NCBI GenBank assembly: GCA_052327205.1
Contig: CM126205.1
Coordinates: forward strand, 241,800,001-241,864,000
Reading direction: 5' to 3'
Source: Somniosus microcephalus
Taxonomy: Eukaryota
DNA length: 64,000 nt
In this document: in pieces, positions 52,501-61,500 of the stretch
Numbering within the stretch: the stretch's first letter is position 1
Layout: each line of letters begins with the position of its first letter
Program-made: the position numbers and the translations under genes
Notes under the pieces: generated by a model
The model's input: the letters and a program-made list of their open reading frames with translations, nothing else
The model's database searches: none
What the model was told of the DNA's origin: nothing

Positions 52501-55500
52501 GACTGGAGAAGCTGGGGTTGTTCTCCTTAGAGCAGAGAAAGCTGAGAGGAGATTTGATAGAGGTGTTTAAAATCATGAAGGATTTAGATTTGTAGAGATT
52601 AACTTATCTCTAGTCTTTCAAATAATCAGGATCGAGTGCAAACCAATATGGTGGGTATATTGGCCTAGAAATTCAGTGCCCTTAGCACCGATTTTGCAGC
52701 GCTAGAGGGCCTAGCGCTGCAATTGGCGCCGGTTCCTAAATTGCCTGGGGCCCTTCCGCGGCGGTAGACCGGTAGCGCTGCGCCGGCACCGATGACGTCA
52801 TCGGTGTGCGCAGCGTCCCGGTTGCCGTGGTAACCCGGCCCCAAGCCGAAATTCAGTTGCGGCCGCCTCGCCAGTGGCAGCCGCAACTAAGACTCCGGCA
52901 AACGAGTGCTGCCGGAGTCTGCGCCGGCGCTTTAAGGAGGCGCGGCGGCCGGCCGCTTTCCCGCCGGCCGCCTGCCCGCAGCTCCCTCCCCGGACTTCTC
53001 CCCCCCCCCCCCCCCCCCGGAACAGATGCAAGCCCGGCACTTGTCCGAGGTGCCGGGCTCATTTTTGAGGAGATTTGCGCGGGCCGCGGCCGGGTGCAGG
53101 CAGCTCCTCCTTAACGGAAGGAGGAGGCCTGCACTTCCCCAGCCTGCCGCACCGCATCGGGTGCCGCAGCGCCGGAATTGCGGCGCGAAACGGCAGTTAG
53201 CGCCCTTTTCCAGGCGCTAAGACCCTTCAGTAGCGCCGGCAGCCGTTTGGGCGCGGCGCCACTGAATTTTTGGCGCGCGCAGGGGACTTAGCGCCGGCAC
53301 TAATTTCCGGCGCTAAAGCCCTGGCTAAGCCAAAACCCAATTTCTAGGCCATTGTGTTTAATCGGAGTTTAGGACGGAATATAACACACTAGTTACACAG
53401 CAAAAACATATAACCGTGACAAGCAGCTGGTACCGGACCCGATCGGACAGATGGCTGGCGTGCATGAACAACTCTTATTCATTCTCCTTCTTGTCTCATG
53501 TGTGTCTCTCTCACTTTCTGAACTACCCAAGAGTGTTAGACTAGGGTCAGCATGGGTCCACCCTCTGAAGAGCGTTAGACCACCGATTCCACTCTTGGGA
53601 GCCCCTCGCTCCACGGTCTCTTTTTAGTGGAGGGCCTGAAGTAGAATATGGACAGGACCATTTAACCTATAGAGGTTCCCCTTAAAACAAGGTGCCCAAT
53701 GACATGTCGAGTTCTTTGCCTAAACGTACAGATGAAGACCCTCTCTCAAGGAGGGTGGGGTCTTCACAACCATTACACATGCTTTCTTGTTTATACGGTT
53801 TTGAAGGCCAATCCATCTGGATCCCTCTTATCTCATCCAGCCCTGTCCTCCCTGGTGCAGCCAGTGCATGTGCCAGGCACAACCTTGTGCCATTAAATCA
53901 GAGGCCCCAACTAGAGCTGTCTGCTCAACCAGCCACTATCCGAACTATCTCCTCTTAATTAATCTAACAGACTATTCCATCCTGAGATAATACCTTAACT
54001 CCCATAAATTCCTTCTATTCTATGTCCTTTATACTAATTAACTTTTAATTATCTTTGCCAGCAGTTCTGTTAAACAAACTCCAATTTCTACCTTAGCATT
54101 ATAATATGGTTATTAGTAATAATGGAAGAAACATAGGTTGGGTCTTCATTGGCCAAATTAAAGACACATTAAACAAAGTCAAAATCCTAACTTACAAACA
54201 ACTGACAGCTGGCCTGGCAGGCAAGGTCATGCTGTGGGCCCCTATGTGGAATGTTATGTATCATCTAATCTAACTAACTAAAACACTTTGTCTCAACTCT
54301 AATACAAGTTTTCCAGGAAATTGAAACCTATGCAGTTCCAGTAAGACACAACTTATACATTAACCCCTTACTAGTCTCGAGCAGAAACATACAATCATTT
54401 AAACACAGTATTATTCGTGTTACAGTTTCATTCACATAACCATATACGTTTTTAGGCACCCCTAATTTCTAACAGATTGAGTATATAAAGAGAAACTTTC
54501 CAATGGTTGAAGGTTCGATAACCAGAGGGTACAGATTTAAGGTGATTGGCAAAAGAAACAGAGGCGAATTGAGGAAAACATTTTTATGCAGTGAGTGGTT
54601 AGGATTTGGAATGAGCTGCCTGTTGGGGTGGTGGAAACAGATTCAGTAGTAGCTTTCAAAAGGGAATTGGATAAATACTTGAACGAGAAAAAATTGCAGG
54701 TATATGGGGAAAGAGCGGGGAGTGGGACTAACTAGAATGGTCTTCGAAAGAGCCGGCACAGACTTGATGGGCCAAATGGCCTCCTTCTGTGCTGTACTAT
54801 TCTATGATTCTAATTGATTATCAATATGTTTTTTCACTTTCAGACACACCTGGGCCTGTCTCAGACTTTGAAGCTTCAGATGTTACAAAAACATCATGTC
54901 ATTTGTCTTGGTCACTACCTGAAAATGATGGTGGTAGTCAAGTGACTCACTATATCTTGGAGAAGCGGGAAGCAGACAGAAAGACCTGGGGTAGTGTGAT
55001 AAAAGATTTAAAGAAAACTAGTTTTACAGTGACCAGCCTAGTGCCTGGAAGTGAATACTACTTCAGAGTAACTGCTGTCAATCAATATGGTCCTGGGGTT
55101 CCAAAAGACATTGCCAAACCAATTTTGGCAAGTGATCCAAACAGTGAGTAGTTTAATTTTGTATTTTTCCTGTTAAACTAAGAAAAAAGAGCTGGATTGG
55201 CCAAATTGCCTTTTCTCACCACTAGCCTTATATTCTGGATATTATTTGATATCAAATAGTCTCAAAATAACAGTTTGCAATTTGATTTTTAGGTGAACCA
55301 GATCCACCCAAGAAATTGGACGTCATTGATATGACAAAGAATAGTGCTTCACTGGCATGGTTACCACCTATTCGGGATGGAGGTGCTAAAATTGATGGTT
55401 ATATCGTTGAATACCAGCAAGAAGGCCAATCTGAGAAACAGTGGACAGGATACTCTATCATCAAGGACCTGGCCATTCTTGTAACAGGCCTTAAGGAAGG

Positions 55501-58500
55501 AACTAAATACAAATTCAGAGTTGCAGCTAGAAATGTTGTAGGGGCCAGCTTGCCCAGGGAAACTGAAGGAGTTTTTGAAATTAAAGAACAGCTGAGTAAG
55601 TAAACAGTAAATCATTTCTTACAAATAAAGTGCCAACATTGAAACAAACTTTAAAAAAAGCACTGATGGAGACTTTCCAGATTGAGCATGACATCAGCTC
55701 ATATGGCAGTCGGAAGGCTCGAACCACTTTCAGGTTCATGCCTCATTAACATTATGTCAGCAAGCTGTAGATGCCAAATAGGTGCCATGCTGCAGCTCTC
55801 TGGTTTCCTACGACGGAAAATCGTCCGCTGTAGCACACAGTCCCCCGGCAGGTAAAGCCTGTTGAGGGAGGGAGCAGATCTTGGGAGTGTAAGAACGGGC
55901 CGTCAGTGGGCCAAAAGAATTTTGTGGGGTCTGGATGAGCACTCCTGCCCTTTCTGGACCCACCTTTTTGGAGGATTGCTGATTCGGCTTCTCAACACCT
56001 AGAGAAATAGGACTGGTGGGTGCTGTGCATGCTTCATCCATTTCTCTTTGAAAGTTGTAATTGGGGTACTCCAACAGGCGTAGGTTGCATAACTAAACAG
56101 TTTCCTGTCTGTTTTGAGCGGGGTGCTCAGCTTCCATTTAGTCCCGCCTGAAAATTGATTCTGGGGGGCAAATGGACGCATTGAGGTCCACCAGAATTTC
56201 AATTGCCGGTCACCCGTTTTTCAGGTGTGAAACGGGTGGCTAGTAGTTGAAATTCAACCCCTATGACTTTTTCCAAGATATTTTCAAATTTTAAGAAGAT
56301 TTATATTTAAATATTTATCACATTTCTCAGAGACATTTCAAGTGCTTCACATACAATGCATTACTTTGGGGTACAACAACTACAATTTTGTAGGCAAGCA
56401 TGGTAGCCATTTTACACCCAGCAAAGCACCATAAACAGCAATGACCTGAATAGTACCATCAAATTTTGAATGGATACCTGAATAGGGCCTCAGTTTAACA
56501 TCTTATAGTAACAAATTGGCACTTCCAACAACGCAGTACTCAATACTGCACTGAAGTGGCAGCCTAAATTATCTGTTCAAGTCCTGGACTGGAGCTTGAA
56601 TCCACAACCTTCTGACATGGAGGCAAAAGTTTACCAACAGAACTGAGCTGACATTTGATAATTGTAGAAACATTGTGTAATAGTGGAAAGTATTAATAAT
56701 TTGTTAATAATTGTTAAGTAATTTAAGATGCTGACATAATAGGACTAAGTTCCTGAGTACATACTGCTGGCGGGGAAACTTGCCAGCTGGCTGTAATTAT
56801 TGGGAGATTGGGAAGCTCCCTGCCAGCAGCACATACTTGAAAAGTTGGCACTGATACGTTTTAAGGAAGCATACAAATTTTAACAAAGGTTCACTCTGCA
56901 TTAAGATTGAATTAACGCCGTGTTTTTCTTATAGTGGCACCAAAGATTATCATGCCTGAATTCATAACGATCAAAGCTGGGCAGAAGCTTCGAATCGAAG
57001 CTCATATAGCTGGCAAGCCCGCACCAATTTGCAAGTGGATGAAAAGTGATGTAGATATAATTCTATCTAGCCGCCTAGTTGTGCATAAGACAAAGAACTC
57101 TTCTGTACTCATCATCAAAGATGTTACCAGGAAAGATAGTGGCTATTACACTCTTTCTGCCGAAAATAGCTCTGGCATCACCTCCCAGAAAATCCGTGTG
57201 GTGATAATGGGTTTGTATATTTGTTACTTTGTGTCATGCTATGAATTTGCATGAACTGGAGCTGAGTAAATTGTTTTATATTAATCGTATTTGACAAAAA
57301 CAGTATTATTTAATCATTTCCTTATTGATGGTTAATGTCTTTCAGATATTCCTGGACCACCACAGCCACCATTTGACATTTCAGAAATTGATGCTGATGC
57401 ATGCAGCCTTAATTGGCATATTCCATTTGAAGATGGTGGCAGCAACATAACAAACTATGTAGTAGAGAAGTGTGATTTAAGCCGTGGTGACTGGGTTACT
57501 ATTGTGGCATCTGTAACAAAAACAAACTGTAGAATTGGAAAACTTATCCCTGGACAAGAGTACATATTCCGTGCTCGTGCAGAAAATAGATTTGGCATTT
57601 CAGAACCTCTCACCTCTGATAAAATGATTGCAAAATATCAATTTGGTAAGCTATGACAAAGTATTTGGGCTACACATTTTTTTTAATACACAAAATCTTG
57701 CTTGAGAGCTGACTATAGTTAATTTTTATTTTTGTCCACAGATGTTCCGAGTGAACCAAGGAATGCACATATCACAAAGGCGAACAAAGACTGCATGTTT
57801 ATAGCATGGGATAGACCAGAAAGTGATGGCGGCAGTCCCATCAGTGGATATGTTATTGAACGTAAAGAGAGAAACAGTCTTCTTTGGGTAAAGGCAAATG
57901 ACACTTCTGTCCGTACCACTGAGTACCCGTGTTCCGGTCTGATTGAAGGGCTAGAATATACTTTCAGAGTCAGTGCACTGAACAGAGCGGGATCCAGCAA
58001 GCCTAGCAAACCAACTGAGTTTGCAACAGCTAGGACACCTGTTGGTAAGTATTCTTTAAAAAAAAAATGAAAATAATTATAAAATTAACTTTATAAGGTA
58101 TCTTAAATTCTTTGGATTTTGTATCTTAAAATTTTTGTATGTAAACTTAGAAACATATACCCTTATTTTACAACAGATCTACCAGGCAAACCTGAAGCCA
58201 TTGATGTCACGAATAGTACTGTTTCTCTTGTCTGGGCAAGACCCAAACATGATGGTGGGAGCAAACTAATTGGCTATTACGTTGAAGCATGTAAATTACC
58301 TGGTGATAAGTGGATACGGTGCAACACCAACTGCCAAAATGTACCTCATGAAGAATTCACTGTTACCAATCTTGAAGAAGGAGCCCAGTATCAATTCAGG
58401 ATCATTGCAAAGACTGCAATTAATATAAGCAAGCCATCTGAACCTTCAGACCCAGTGACCATCCTGGCAGAACATGGTACAAATTAATGTTACTTTATTG

Positions 58501-61500
58501 TATTATTTCCTACCTGATTCTCATTTTTTCTGACATTGCAATTTTATAAGGCATGATAAATTTAGTGTCTTAACTTATAGAATAAAAAATATTCATATAA
58601 TGCTTTGTTCAATTTACAGTTGCACCAAAAATTGATTTGGGTGTGTCCATGAAGTCTCTGATCACAGTAAAGGCTGGATCTAATGTGTGTCTAGACGCTA
58701 ATGTCTTTGGAAAACCCATTCCAAAGATCACATGGAAGAAAGATGGCACGATAGTAATGCCTGCCGAAGGCATTAAGATAGCCAGAACAAGAAATCTGTG
58801 CACACTCGAATTATATAGTGTACAAAGGCAAGAAACTGGAGAGTACACTATTGTTGCAGAGAACCCAAGCGGATCCAAATCAGCTAATGTAAAACTTAAA
58901 GTACTAGGTAAAAAGATTTTAAAATACTTCATAAAATATATGTGTGAATCTACTGTTAATTGTACAATAGCTTCATAAAATGTGTATGTGAATGTGCATC
59001 TATATATTTAATAGCTTCATAAAACATATGTACTTTCTTGAGAAACTAATGAAAAAGGGAAAACAAGATTTTTCATTTTTAAATTAATATTTAATTTTAA
59101 AAGATAATGGCCTAGAAGGCGCCGGAATTACCGCTGCGATTGGAGCCGTTGCGCCCACCGGAAATTCAGTTTGAGCGCCCCAATATCGCGATCGGGGCGC
59201 TGCGCACACCGATGACGTCATCGGTGGCGGCACAGCGCTACAGGCTAACGCCGCCATTAGCGCCCCGCTAAATATCGCGGGAGGCGTGGCCAGTGGCACT
59301 AAAGCCACTGAGTGCCCTCTTTAGGCGCTAACTGGTGGCGCAGCCCACCGAATTTCTAGGCCAATGTTTCTAAAATATTAATGCAGCCTTATTTTCTATT
59401 TTTTTTCCAGATAAACCTGGTCCACCAGCCTCTATCAAAATTAACAATATTTATTCAGATCGTGTTACTGTGAATTGGGAACCTCCTCTTGAGGATGGAG
59501 GCGCTGAGATTACTAACTACATTGTTGATAAGCGTGAGACAAGCCGTCCTAATTGGGCTCTAGTTACTGCCAATTTACAACTTACAAAGTGTGGTATAGA
59601 AAAGTTGATAGAAGGACATGAATACCAGTTCCGTGTCAGTGCTGAAAACAAATATGGTGTCGGTGACCCAATCATGGCCAATCCAGTTGTTGCTAAGAAT
59701 CCTTATAGTAAGTAAAACACTTTTTTAGTTCTGTAGCTATTTTTGATTTTAATTGGTAAACAGACAAAAGATATTTAACATTTACTTGTATTCTTTACAG
59801 ATGTACCTGGGCCATGTGATCCTCCAATAATTAGCAACATCACAAAAGATCATATGACTGTTAGCTGGAAAGTGCCATCAGATGATGGTGGCTCTCCGGT
59901 GACTGGATACTTACTGGAGAAACGTGAGGCAAAGTCTGTTAGTTGGTCAAAAGTCAACAGGAAACCAGTATTGGAAAGAACAGTTAAAGCTACAGGACTT
60001 CTGGAAGGCACTGAGTATGAGTACCGAGTTATTGCTTTGAATAAAGCTGGACCAGGCAAACCTAGTGAATCTTCAAAAGCAGCAATTGCCCGTGATCCTC
60101 AATGTAAGCAGATATGTGATAATAAATATATGTACAATATTTCAGTCTCTTATTTTTTAAACTTTTTTTCACACAAATTATTTTATTTTCATTCAGATCC
60201 TCCAGGACCTCCTGCCTTCCCAAAAGTAGTTGATACAACTAGGAGTACTATCAGCTTGTCCTGGAGTAAGCCAGCATATGATGGTGGCAGTCCAATCTTG
60301 GGATATCTAGTTGAAATTAAGCGTGCAGATGGTGAAAACTGGATAAAAAGCAATATACCAAAAAGTCTTCGTGATACACACTATACTGTTACAGGACTAT
60401 CTGATGGCACTGAATATCAGTTCCGCGTAAGCGCAGTGAACAAAATAGGCTACAGTGATCCAAGTGAAGTGCCTGAAAAACATACTGCCAAGGATATTTT
60501 AAGTAGGTTTTCACTACTCGTGTGAAGCAAATTAAATATTGTCACTAAACATTATAATAATACTCAGCAGGGCAGGCAGCATCTGTGGCAAGATAAACAG
60601 TATTTTTTTGAAGTTGCCATCTCCATTATTTAAATGGAATCACTATTCCATTTTAAGTAAATGGGTTAATGCCTTTGCTAAAAAGGTAGAGGGGGAATTT
60701 CAGATAAAAATTTTAAATGTTCCTAGTCCAGTATCCGACAGCATAATTTCAGAGTCTGTGTTTTCTCTCTTTTAATCTGTCCCTGGGTTTCTGTTACTAT
60801 CCCCTTTTATTGTGTGTTTCTTTGTTAATATCCATCTCTCTCCCTCTCTCTTTCACTTTCTCTCTTTCTCGCTCTGTTCCTGGGACCAAAGCTGCTGCAC
60901 TATGGAGAGCCATGAGAAGGGGAGCGTGGGAAACTGACAGAACCATTCCTGAGCAGAGAGCATGGGGAGGGAATGGGAGCGTGTAGATCAGCTGGAACTA
61001 GCACCAGACATGCATGCCCTTGGTGTGCTGTAAATGTGCATACGTTCTTCAAACTGGCCCTTAGGAAAGTGGCCTAGGTTGGTCACTGCCATGGTGCATA
61101 GTAGTGCCATCTTTCTAATGGGGAAGGTGTATACAGACTCAGATTGTGCTTTTTAATGGGAATGGTTAGATGTTGAAGTGATTGTAATGTGAGATGGGAA
61201 TTTTATGGATAAGTTTACGACTATTTTTGTACAATATTGATTTTTTTTTGTTTTAGTTATGTAATAAAGATACTTTGAGGTATACAGTCGAGTGGATGAA
61301 GCAATTTTTGTATGGAATGTGATTGGCATTTTTGTGACTGAACCAAATGACATCATAGTGGTGGTCCTGTGACATTGTTCTGGGATCTGATTGAACAGAC
61401 AGGTTGAAGTGACAATGTTCTCTGGGATGTAACTGGTTGAAGAGATAGTGGCCTCTGGTTCTGTGATCTGTTTGGGAAAAGCGACTGTATGACACTGTGA

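Larger units (their letters stand above)
50571..54811 (+). mobile_element. CR1 LINE (HER1-like), 5'-truncated, interrupted by a solo LTR
   Basis: [51 protein letters not shown]; tail GATGGGCCAAATGGCCTCCTTCTGTGCTGT-ATTCTATGATTCT; TSD AATTGAT at 50564-70 and 54812-18. Confidence 0.93.

Noticed and set aside
52665-53220. Cluster of overlapping Ala/Arg/Pro-rich ORFs
   Set aside because: Produced by high GC inside a MITE; no transposase or other domain motifs. The same applies to 15805-16461 and 59084-59308.
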